NCBI RefSeq assembly: GCF_000014265.1
Contig: NC_008312.1
Coordinates: 7,320,001 to 7,352,000 of the forward strand
Length of the DNA stretch: 32,000 nucleotides
Direction of reading: 5' to 3'
Origin: Trichodesmium erythraeum IMS101
GTDB taxonomy: Bacteria; Cyanobacteriota; Cyanobacteriia; Cyanobacteriales; Microcoleaceae
Shown here: positions 9,873-18,712 of the stretch, in pieces
Layout: each line of letters opens with the position of its first letter
Numbering within the stretch: position 1 is the first letter of the stretch
Notes under the pieces: model-generated
What the model saw: only the letters and a program-made list of their open reading frames with translations
What the model was told of the DNA's origin: nothing
The model's database searches: none
Made by a program: the position numbers and the translations under genes

Positions 9873-12800
9873 ATGAATCCAAAAGTAAGCGTAATTATTC
9901 CTGTATATAACTGCGAACTCTACATCGCTCAAGCAATTGAAAGTGTCTTGAATCAAACTTATACTGACTATGAAATTATTGTTATAAATGACGGTTCTAC
10001 AGATAATACCCATCAGGTATTACAGCCATACATGAAAAAAATTCGTTATTTTTATCAAGAGAATAAAGGATTATCTGCTACTCGTAACCAAGGGATAAAA
10101 ATGGCAAAAGGAGAATTAATTGCTCTCCTGGATGCTGATGATTTATTTCTCTGTTATAAACTTCAAGAACAAGTAGCTATTTTTGATGCTCAACCAAACA
10201 TAGGTTTAGTGCAAAGTGGGTGGCGAGTTGTGAATGAAAAAGGAGAAAAAATTGAAGATATTGAACCTTGGTATAAGTCTCCAAAATTAGACTTAGTAAG
10301 TTGGTTAAAATGGAAAGCTACTAATCCTAGTGCTATGATGTTTCGGAAAGAATGGTTGGAAAAAGTAAATGGGTTTAATGAAAATTTACGCAGACTAGAA
10401 GATTTTGATATTGTAATTCGATTAGCTTTAGCAAGTTGTCAAGCTACTTGGTTTCCCAAAGTTGCTGTCTGTTATCGTCAACATAGCGGTAATATGACTC
10501 GGAATTTACTTGCTCAAACAGAAGTAGAAGAAAAAATTTTAGATGAACTTTTTTCTAATCCTAATCTCCCTGAAAAAATTCAACATTTAGAAAGAGAATT
10601 ACGCTACGGTTCTCTAATTTGGAATTGTTGGTGTTTATATAAATCTGGCTACTTCGCTGAAATGGCTGATTATTTGCATAAATCTTTAAAATTTTCTCCT
10701 GTTTCTGTACTTAAAACTATATGTGAGTGGCTATATTATTTTCACTATTATGCTTCCTTAGAAAACTATTCATTTAATTCAGTTTCTTTGAATAAAATAC
10801 CTGAGTGGCAACTTTTAATAAATCAAATCATGCCAAATGGTTTACCAGTAGTTAGCGTAGTTATTCCGACTTTCAATAATGCTGATTATATTCTTAAAGC
10901 TATCGAAAGTGTTTGTAATCAAACCTATACTTTGTGGGAAATTATTATTATTGATGATGGTTCTACCGATAATACTTATCAAGTTTTAGAATCTTATCTA
11001 AATACAACAGACTTCTTGCAGAACTCCGCCGCAAGAAATAGACAACAGAAAACAAAAATAAATACTCAGGAAAAAGAGAATAATCAAGATTTAATTTTAG
11101 ATTTATTCCAGAATTCTGCCAAAGGAAATAGACAACAAAAAATCGAAAAAAATACTCAGGAAAAAGGCAGTAGTCAAGATTTAACTTTGACTTTTGCAAG
11201 ATGTCTAATTAAATATCTATATCAAGAAAATCAAGGACCATCAATTGCTCGGAATTATGGTATAGAAATAGCTCAGGGAGAATATATTGCTTTTCTCGAT
11301 GCTGATGACTTTTTTCTACCCGAAAAATTAGCTGAACAAGTGGGATGTTTTGCAGAAGATTCAACTTTAACAATGGTACAAACTGGGTGGAGATTTGTTG
11401 ATGAGAAAGGTAATACTATTAAAGATGTAGAACCCTGGGAGAATAGTACGGAATTAAACTTAGAAAATTGGTTGATTTGGCAAGCAACTTTGCCTAGTGC
11501 CATGATGTTTAAAAGTAAATGGTTAAAAGTTAATGGTGGGTTTGACAAACGATATTTTGGGATTGAGGATTTAGAAATAGTTTTGCGGTTAGCTTTAACC
11601 GGAGGAAAAGCTACTTGGTTACGGAAAGTTTGTGTCTGTTATCGACAGCGGAATAGTAGTGTCTCGGGTTTAAAAAACCGAGAAAAAATTACTCAGGAAT
11701 TAGAAAAATTATTAGATGACTTTTTCCATAAACCCAATTTACCTACTGCCATACGTCAAATAGAAAATCAGGTAAAATATCGCTCTCTACTTTGGAATTG
11801 TTGGCGTTTATATAAAGCTGGTAATTTATCAGAAATGACTACTTATTTGCAGAAGTCTTTGAGTTATACTTCTGATTCTCCCACAGTAGCAATTTGTACT
11901 TGGATAGAATTATTTACGAAGCTAGATAGTCAAGAAGGAAATCAATTTAATGCTTATAGTTTTAGTCAGTTACCAGAATGGAAAAAATTAATTAGTAATA
12001 TTTTTAATCCCGTTGTGCCAAGAGTTAGTGTAATTATTGCAACCTACAATAATGCTCACTATATTTTGGAGGCGATCGCCAGTATTTTTAATCAAACTTA
12101 TACCTCTTACGAAATAATAGTTATTGATGATGGTTCTACTGATAATACTCGTCAAGTTTTAGAACCTTATCTAGATAAAATTTGCTATGTTTATCAAGAA
12201 AATAAAGGAGTTTCCCACGCCAGAAATTTAGGCTTAGAAATAGCCCAAGGAGAATTTATTTCTTTTCTAGATGCTGATGACTTTTTCTTACCAGATAAAT
12301 TAGCAAAACAAGTAGCTGTTTTTGATGCTCACCCCTCTCTGGGAATTGTCCATAGTGGATGGCGTTTAGTTAATAAAAAAGGAGAGAAAATTTCTGATAT
12401 AGAGTTATGGCATAGTTCCCCAGAATTAGACTTAGAAACCTGGGTAGTTTGGAAACCTGTAACTATTTCTATGATGTTTAGTAAAAGTTGGATAAAAAGT
12501 GTCGGAGGTTTTGATACTCGTTGGCATCATGGAGAAGATATTGATTTAGTTTTGCGTTTATCTGTGGATGGTTGTGAAGCAATGTGGTTGCCAAAAGTTA
12601 CTTATTGTTATCGTCAACATCATTGTAATGCAACGAGAAAATCTACTCAACAAGCTGCTAGCATGATGTCTGTTTTAGATAGCTTTTTTAGTAGACTAAA
12701 TTTACCAATATCTATTCGTAAATTAGAGAGCCAATCTTATTATTATACTTTGAGTTGGCTAGGATGGCAAGCCCATCGAAATGGGAGTTTAATTGAGATG

Positions 12801-12980
12801 GATAAATATTTACGACAAGCTTGGAAATATACTCCTTTCTCTATGACAGAAACTATCGATTATTGGGTCAATAGTTTTAATAATCTTTATCAACAATATG
12901 GTTATGATTTTAATGCTTATGCTTTGACTAATTCAGATGTTTGGCAACAATTAATGTTAGACATGGTTATTACTCTTTGA
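9873..12980 (+). CDS. three-module family-2 glycosyltransferase (1035 aa)
   Basis: There are three internal repeats of ~320-390 aa: nt ~9873-10842, ~10843-12014 and ~12015-12980. Each starts with the GT2 signature (VSVIIPVYNCELYI..NQTYTDYEIIVINDGSTDNT; VSVVIPTFNNADYI..NQTYTLWEIIIIDDGSTDNT; VSVIIATYNNAHYI..NQTYTSYEIIVIDDGSTDNT). Each keeps the DxD motif (LDADDLF / LDADDFF / LDADDFF). Each ends with a similar helical tail (YRS/GSLxWNCWxLYKxG....M..YLxKS). Confidence 0.9.
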   Translation: MNPKVSVIIPVYNCELYIAQAIESVLNQTYTDYEIIVINDGSTDNTHQVLQPYMKKIRYFYQENKGLSATRNQGIKMAKGELIALLDADDLFLCYKLQEQVAIFDAQPNIGLVQSGWRVVNEKGEKIEDIEPWYKSPKLDLVSWLKWKATNPSAMMFRKEWLEKVNGFNENLRRLEDFDIVIRLALASCQATWFPKVAVCYRQHSGNMTRNLLAQTEVEEKILDELFSNPNLPEKIQHLERELRYGSLIWNCWCLYKSGYFAEMADYLHKSLKFSPVSVLKTICEWLYYFHYYASLENYSFNSVSLNKIPEWQLLINQIMPNGLPVVSVVIPTFNNADYILKAIESVCNQTYTLWEIIIIDDGSTDNTYQVLESYLNTTDFLQNSAARNRQQKTKINTQEKENNQDLILDLFQNSAKGNRQQKIEKNTQEKGSSQDLTLTFARCLIKYLYQENQGPSIARNYGIEIAQGEYIAFLDADDFFLPEKLAEQVGCFAEDSTLTMVQTGWRFVDEKGNTIKDVEPWENSTELNLENWLIWQATLPSAMMFKSKWLKVNGGFDKRYFGIEDLEIVLRLALTGGKATWLRKVCVCYRQRNSSVSGLKNREKITQELEKLLDDFFHKPNLPTAIRQIENQVKYRSLLWNCWRLYKAGNLSEMTTYLQKSLSYTSDSPTVAICTWIELFTKLDSQEGNQFNAYSFSQLPEWKKLISNIFNPVVPRVSVIIATYNNAHYILEAIASIFNQTYTSYEIIVIDDGSTDNTRQVLEPYLDKICYVYQENKGVSHARNLGLEIAQGEFISFLDADDFFLPDKLAKQVAVFDAHPSLGIVHSGWRLVNKKGEKISDIELWHSSPELDLETWVVWKPVTISMMFSKSWIKSVGGFDTRWHHGEDIDLVLRLSVDGCEAMWLPKVTYCYRQHHCNATRKSTQQAASMMSVLDSFFSRLNLPISIRKLESQSYYYTLSWLGWQAHRNGSLIEMDKYLRQAWKYTPFSMTETIDYWVNSFNNLYQQYGYDFNAYALTNSDVWQQLMLDMVITL
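11013..11198 (+). repeat. in-frame tandem duplication, 2 x 93 nt (31 aa), inside GT2 module 2
   Basis: FLQNSAARNRQQKTKINTQEKENNQDLILDL (11013-11105) is followed directly by FQNSAKGNRQQKIEKNTQEKGSSQDLTLTF (11106-11198). The segment is absent at the equivalent point of modules 1 and 3, between DGSTDNTxQVLxxYL and YxYQENxG. Confidence 0.85.
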
Positions 12981-14406
12981 CAGTGAGTTTGTTTCAGATA
13001 TTTACTATTTCTAATGGTTGATTATCCTAATTCTCATACTGGTGAAGTACAATTTTATAAAAATTAATATTATGAATTTATGTAAAAAAAAGCTGTTTGT
13101 ATACTACCACACTTCAAATCATGTTTGCCTATATATTAAACTGATATAAATAGAAAAATTAAGTTCATATTTTAGTTTGTCTATTTTGAGGAAAGTACTT
13201 AGTACATAGGCTGTTTCATAAATCATGAATATACAGTCTCCCTCGCATTTGGTCAGTTTTTTTCCAATGCTTTGAATTATCTTTCAATATATCAATACTA
13301 ATTCCGGCTGAAAAGCTAATAAACTAATAGTTGATAGTTGATAACTAATTGATGAATACTTTCCTTTTGAGACAAATGACAAATAATTAATTGGTATTGG
13401 CACCTATTAATAATGTTGAAAAATCCGAGAATTTCAATAAACTGAAATTATACAATGTTTAATTTGAGCAATAATTAATAGATAAGCACCTACACAAAAT
13501 TATTTACAGAAGCGATGTTTACACAAGAATTAGATTTCAGCTTCTCAATATGTGTAATTTATTTTATTGACCCGCTGACGATGATAAAAAATCAAATGAT
13601 GACAAAATAAACTAATAAGTTTATACTAGTTTATAGAATAGTAAAATCTTGGTGATATAGTCTCTCTCTAGGCATAGATCCCATAGGTAAAATTTTTGCT
13701 TGTTCATGAAACTCTGTTCACTTTCAGCTAGGAGAAATAGATCAAAAAAACAGGCGATCGCTCTATCTATTTCTCTGCCGCAGGAATATTATTAGAACTG
13801 CAAAAATTGGCACCGCAGACCGATATTATCACTCTTAGTGACCTGAGTTCTGAACTGACAAGAGTTTCTACAAGAAAGAAAACAATTAACAAACCAAACT
13901 ACCTTATTATTAACAAATTTAACTAATCCTGCATTTCAATCAGCATTAAATTTAGTAGGAAAAGTATCAATGAAAATTGATACAGCTAACTAAAGACAAC
14001 TAAAAAAAAAATTAATCGCCCAGCATAAACATTTAACCTATCGAATATATAGTTAGGAATATAAAAAATCAGAGAAAAATATTAAGGTAAATTAGCTATC
14101 AAAACAGTAATATTATCTCCTGAGAATACTTCAACAAAAGCTGAATATATTTAATTGATAAAATTTCTCAAAACTGATGAAAATTACAAATACGTTCTTA
14201 CAGGCTTTCAATCTTTAAAACATCAACTATAACCTAGGGAAAACCATACATAATTTCATCCAAATACCGTATAAAAATTCAAGTGTGTTAATCAAGATAT
14301 TTTCTAATAATTTGTGAATAATATTTATACAAATACAAACATTCAGGTTCGTTATAAACAGAAATAGTACTCACATTTTTTGATAATAAAAAAAAAGGAG
14401 TTAAAT

Positions 14407-15060
14407 ATGAATAACTTAACAACCCAATTGTCAACAACTGAATTATCAACAACAACATCAGGAGAAATTCCCCCAGGATATTTAAATATTATGGGGTATA
14501 TTGATGAGTCAGAAGTAAATGGTCCTGGTTGTCGTGCAGTAGTATGGGTACAAGGTTGTAGAAAAGGATGTTCTGGGTGTTTTAATCCTGATTCTTGGTC
14601 TTTTGATATTAATCAATTAATAAGTATTGAAGAACTAGCAAATAAAATCTTAAATAATCCTCAAAATACAGGAGTTACCTTTTCTGGAGGTGAGCCTTTT
14701 TTACAAGCATCAGCACTAGCAGAGTTAGCAAAAATATTAAAATTTAGACATTTAAATGTAATGTCTTTTAGTGGGTTTACTCTCAGAGAATTGGAATCTA
14801 AAAATGCACCCGTTGGTGCTAAAGAATTGTTATCTCAGTTAGATGTTTTGATTGATGGACCTTTTATAGAAGCCTTAGCTATTCATTCTCCTAATTCTCT
14901 AGTTTCTTCAAGTAATCAAAGAGTGAGAGTATTTAATAAAGACTTAAAAAATCAATTAAATTGGGCAAGTGATCACCAAGAAATTCATATACTGAAAGAT
15001 GGTAGTCATATATTTACGGGTTATTGGGGGCAGTTAGGTTTAGGAAGAAATTATAGCTAA
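14407..15060 (+). CDS. NrdG/PflA-like radical SAM activating enzyme (4Fe-4S single-cluster type)
   Basis: EVNGPGCRAVVWVQGCRKGCSGCFNPDSW carries the CxxxCxxC radical-SAM cluster motif in the NrdG-type context (VNGPG...GC...C.GC.N...W). It is followed by the SAM-binding VTFSGGEPFLQ. The track ORF starts at a TTG at 14380. I prefer the ATG at 14407, which is preceded by AAGGAG at 14395-14400. Confidence 0.8.
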   Translation: MNNLTTQLSTTELSTTTSGEIPPGYLNIMGYIDESEVNGPGCRAVVWVQGCRKGCSGCFNPDSWSFDINQLISIEELANKILNNPQNTGVTFSGGEPFLQASALAELAKILKFRHLNVMSFSGFTLRELESKNAPVGAKELLSQLDVLIDGPFIEALAIHSPNSLVSSSNQRVRVFNKDLKNQLNWASDHQEIHILKDGSHIFTGYWGQLGLGRNYS

Positions 15061-15837
15061 AGTCATAAATTCAGATGTTAAATTCCTTGCATAGATAAAT
15101 TTGATCAGAGACTAGTATAAAAAAGAGTTACCAATTAGTAAGTAAGCTAAATTGAGATACTGAGGGATAATTTAAATACTCGTAAAACCCCATCAGTTTA
15201 CCGCACCCTATCTACTGGGGAAGTTCTATATTTTTTGAGGAAAATCTTAAAGACTGATATTATTCATAGCCATGTCTCTCTCATTTTTCTTGGCTACTAC
15301 TAATAATTATTTCACTAAATGATTAAATAATTTTCATTCAAAATCATGTTAATAATTGGATGAGTTGTTCTACCTTAATAGTTAATTTAGCCAATGGTTT
15401 AATTCAATAACAAGAAATATAAGAAGCACCTGCTAAAATAGTTGATCAAGCAAAACATACCTGAAAACTAAAATGAAAATAAATTAAGCAGGTACACAAA
15501 ATTAATTACACATTTTTTAAAACTGAATCTCTTATACTGTATATCTCACAGAAAATTAGTCAAAGCCTGCAATGAGTGTTTAAGTGCCTATTACCACTGA
15601 AATAAAAAATATAGCAATAATTAGTATTTTCAAAATTTAACCATTATGTAATAAACCTATTTACTGAATAGTTAATTTTCAAACCTAAAATTAAATTGCT
15701 ATATTTTTAAGTCAATATTTTAATTAATAATCATTACTTGACCATATACAGGTGTGAATGGTCAAATTCTTGTATTGTAGACTATATTCGCCACTGAGTG
15801 TATACCTCACGGGCAGGGGGAAGTACTGTCAAAGCAA

Positions 15838-16233
15838 TTATCTCTTTTTATTGATATTACGAGCCATGTTTTTAAAATCTATTCCATCACTAGAATTATT
15901 ATTATTAGGAGTTTTTGAAGGAGTAGACGTAAATTTGGAAGGTTGTGGAAAACTAGAAGTAGATGTACTTGGAGTATAACTAGAAGAATAAGAAGAACGT
16001 TTAGTTTCTACTGTATTTTCTTGTTTTTTCGTAGAAGAAACAGACTTTTCTGTCTCTCCTTCTATATCATTAATTTTACCTGCTGCTTTAGGATAGCTCC
16101 TCTTAACTGTCTTAGGTTTCCTCATAAAGTCTACATCACCAAGACTACTTGCACTATCTGCATCTAAGAAGAAAGCTTCCTTTGGTTGATTATCATCTTT
16201 GTTCCCAAATAATCCTTTGATAAATCCAGTCAT
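15838..16233 (-). CDS. hypothetical Ser/Thr-rich, probably disordered protein (131 aa)
   Basis: ATG-initiated ORF with a plausible N-terminus (MTGFIKGLFGNKDDNQPKEAFFLDADS), followed by a polar S/T/K-rich tail. Two overlapping plus-strand ORFs look like shadows of its low-complexity region. No family recognised. Coding status uncertain. Confidence 0.45.
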   Translation of the reverse strand: MTGFIKGLFGNKDDNQPKEAFFLDADSASSLGDVDFMRKPKTVKRSYPKAAGKINDIEGETEKSVSSTKKQENTVETKRSSYSSSYTPSTSTSSFPQPSKFTSTPSKTPNNNNSSDGIDFKNMARNINKKR

Positions 16234-16543
16234 TTGTCTTTTCTTTCCTATTATATTTATTAATTTTGTTATTATTTTATCATAAATATTTCATAAAAGT
16301 TATTATGATCTTATCAAAATTTACGAGCAGGAATAGAAATAGACAATAATGGTGGACTTCCCATTGGGGACATAAGGCTACGGACAAGTCAGGGTAGCTC
16401 TGATTATGTAATAGTAGGATAGGTAGAAACAATATCTAGTAAGTGAGCTTGATGCTCTTACTACTGTTCTCAAATGTTCTAAAATAATTATCGAAAAATA
16501 TGGACCTTCGATGCAACATCCCTACTTAACTATCAAAAAAAAA

Positions 16544-17947
16544 TTACTTCCCAATACAAAAGCGACTAAAAATTATATCCAAAACAGATTCCGTTACATC
16601 CTCTCCCGTAACCTCTCCCAAAGCATAAATGCTTCCCCTTAAGTCGATTGTCCAAAAATCTAAAGGTAAGTTATTTTTAATAGTATTTAAACATTGCTCC
16701 AAAGCTATCTTAGCTCTAGTTAAAGCTGCTGCTTGCCTTTGATTAACTGCAAAATCTAAATTTTCTGGCTGCACATTATCTAAATTTACAGCATTAAGAA
16801 TTGCTGCTTCCAGTTCCTCAATTCCTTGATTATTAATAGCGGCTGTAGCCACAACATTTTTAATAGTTTCTGGGTAAAAAATTGACCTAATTAATTCTGA
16901 ATGAACCAAATCAACTTGATCAACTTTATTAATTATCAAAATTAAAAAACGATGTTTGACCTGTTGATAAATAACTTCATCTAACTCCGTCCAACCAACC
17001 TGAGCGTCAATCGTCAATAAAACAATGTCAGCAGACTCAGCTGCCTGACACGATCGCTCTACCCCAATTTTTTCTACCCGATCCTCAGTTTCCCGAATAC
17101 CGGCTGTATCTAAAACCTGAACCGGAATACCACCTACCACCAACTGAGATTCAACTACATCCCTGGTTGTACCAGGAAGATCGGTAACAATAGCGCGATC
17201 GCTATGACTCCAAGCATTTAACAAACTCGACTTGCCCACATTCGGACGTCCGATAATAGCGACCTTTAAACCAGTACGTAATAACTCTCCCCGACTTGCT
17301 GTAGCTAATACCATTGACAAATCCACCAAAATATCATCCAGTTTTTGACTAATTTCAGATTCATCCAAAGGAGGTAAATCTTCCTCAAAATCAATGCGTG
17401 CCTCTATTTCTGCTAAAATATCTAGACAACAAGCTCTTAAGTGACGAATTGGACTAGCTAACTTACCCTGCAAACCAGCTAAAGCAACTTGAGCAGCAGC
17501 GGGAGATTGAGAACCTACGAGTTCTGCAATACTTTCAGCTTGAGTCAGATCCAATCGTCCATTTAAGAAAGCCCGTAAAGTAAACTCTCCTGGTTGAGCT
17601 AGCTCTGCCCCTGCCTCAATACATAATTGTAATACTTGTTGTATCGCAATAATTCCACCATGACAATGGAATTCTACCACATCCTCACGGGTATAAGAAC
17701 GAGGAGCTTTCATAATCAATAATAAAGTTTCATCTACTAATTGCCCAGTGTGGGGATGACGGATATAGCCATAAAGAATATGGTGAGTCTCCCAAACTTG
17801 CTTCCCCGGTGCATGAAATAGGGTTTGAGCAATTTTCATCGCCTCAGAACCAGACATTCGGACTATCCCCACACTTCCTTGTTGGGGAACAATAGCAGTA
17901 GCGATCGCGGCAATAGTATTTCTAGGAGTCATTTCAGTTATCACCAT
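16544..17947 (-). CDS. mnmE: tRNA modification GTPase MnmE (TrmE)
   Basis: 467 aa with an N-terminal [18 protein letters not shown] region. GTPase motifs are G1 [10 protein letters not shown]3 DTAGIR and G4 NKVD. It ends with the family-specific C-terminal CIGK. Confidence 0.95.
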   Translation of the reverse strand: MVITEMTPRNTIAAIATAIVPQQGSVGIVRMSGSEAMKIAQTLFHAPGKQVWETHHILYGYIRHPHTGQLVDETLLLIMKAPRSYTREDVVEFHCHGGIIAIQQVLQLCIEAGAELAQPGEFTLRAFLNGRLDLTQAESIAELVGSQSPAAAQVALAGLQGKLASPIRHLRACCLDILAEIEARIDFEEDLPPLDESEISQKLDDILVDLSMVLATASRGELLRTGLKVAIIGRPNVGKSSLLNAWSHSDRAIVTDLPGTTRDVVESQLVVGGIPVQVLDTAGIRETEDRVEKIGVERSCQAAESADIVLLTIDAQVGWTELDEVIYQQVKHRFLILIINKVDQVDLVHSELIRSIFYPETIKNVVATAAINNQGIEELEAAILNAVNLDNVQPENLDFAVNQRQAAALTRAKIALEQCLNTIKNNLPLDFWTIDLRGSIYALGEVTGEDVTESVLDIIFSRFCIGK

Positions 17948-18571
17948 ACAGTTATCACCATTACAGTACCAACCGCTGAAGCTTCCGGCTTAGAATACTG
18001 AATTTGATTTTTTTGATTCTTTCAAAAGGGGGGGGCTTATAATTCTGATTATTTTCTACATAGTTAATCAGATATTTATGTAGAGGTGAATGGATATTTT
18101 GTTGAGCAATATATTGCTAGGCATTGGGAAGGAAAAGACCTCTACATTTGTGGTCGAAGATATACAAGATTTATCTTCCGTTCGACTAAACTTACCCAAA
18201 CTTACATTGATCTGGAATTGCATAAGCTTTGGAGCTAGCTTCGGTGTTTCACCCTTATGCCACTGACCGCAGTCGTAACTTATCTTCAAGAGCAGGCTAA
18301 AAATCCCAAGTCAGCTCAAGCCACTGGTTTATATAGTTTTCGATTATTACTCATACTGCTAAAATATTCCTTTGTATTGTGTAATTTTAAATAACTGTAG
18401 TTAATTTTCTTTTAACTGTCAAGTCCCCTGTCAATTTTCGACAATACCTTAATTTTTCTGCTATAATTTAAGAACCATATAACATATAGGTCAAGCTAAA
18501 AGTCAGAAGTTAGAAGTTAGAAATTAAATTCTCTTATGAAATAAAATTGAGAAGCGTGAAAGTTTCTTAAC

Positions 18572-18660
18572 CAGGACTTATGCAAAGGCAATAATTGTAG
18601 TCTAAATCTGGGAAAGATTCATGAAAACACACCATATCTAGCAGTGCTGCGTAAGTCATG
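18572..18660. repeat. short MITE-like element bounded by imperfect 13-nt inverted repeats
   Basis: CAGGACTTATGCA at 18572-18584 faces TGCGTAAGTCATG at 18648-18660 (reverse complement CATGACTTACGCA, 11/13). The same terminal motif CAGGACTTACGCAAAG occurs at 30826-30841, at the outer edge of the IS relic. The support is short motifs only. Confidence 0.35.
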
Positions 18661-18712
18661 TTAACATGAATGGCGACTTTTATATCATTATATACTTATC
18701 CAAAAACAAGTG

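Noticed and set aside
10963-11548. Two minus-strand ORFs (10963-11199, 11273-11548) inside the GT2 gene
   Set aside because: They are antisense shadows of a strongly supported plus-strand gene. The first simply mirrors the 93-nt tandem duplication.
13741-13926. 61-codon open frame without a start codon (…RSIYFSAAGILLELQKLAPQTDIITLSDLSSELTRVSTRKK…) upstream of the radical-SAM gene
   Set aside because: It has no initiation codon and no recognisable motif. It may be a gene relic, but that is not supportable as a feature.
15272-15322. 16-codon ORF (MSLSFFLATTNNYFTK) downstream of the radical-SAM gene, considered as a RiPP-type precursor
   Set aside because: It has no RBS and no Cys/Ser/Thr-rich core or leader-like features. 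ORFs of this size are expected by chance.
15758-16167. Plus-strand ORFs 15758-15979 and 15943-16167
   Set aside because: They overlap the minus-strand 131-aa ORF and each other. Their sequences are low-complexity or hydrophobic nonsense with no motifs.
16438-16462. Hairpin (AGTAAGTGAGC / GCTCTTACT) about 80 nt downstream of the mnmE stop, considered as a terminator
   Set aside because: The stem is bulged and no U-tract follows it on the minus-strand transcript. The evidence is too weak to call an intrinsic terminator.
18068-18289. Minus-strand 73-aa ORF
   Set aside because: The region is open in three frames because of its local composition. There is no start context or motif. It is treated instead as an unexplained GC-rich island (see findings).
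18250-18300. Two GCCACTG motifs plus a nearby GGTGAAAC (minus strand) hinted at a cobalamin riboswitch
   Set aside because: I could not find the remaining conserved elements (B12 box, GGGAA..CCGGTG core) in the right order on either strand.
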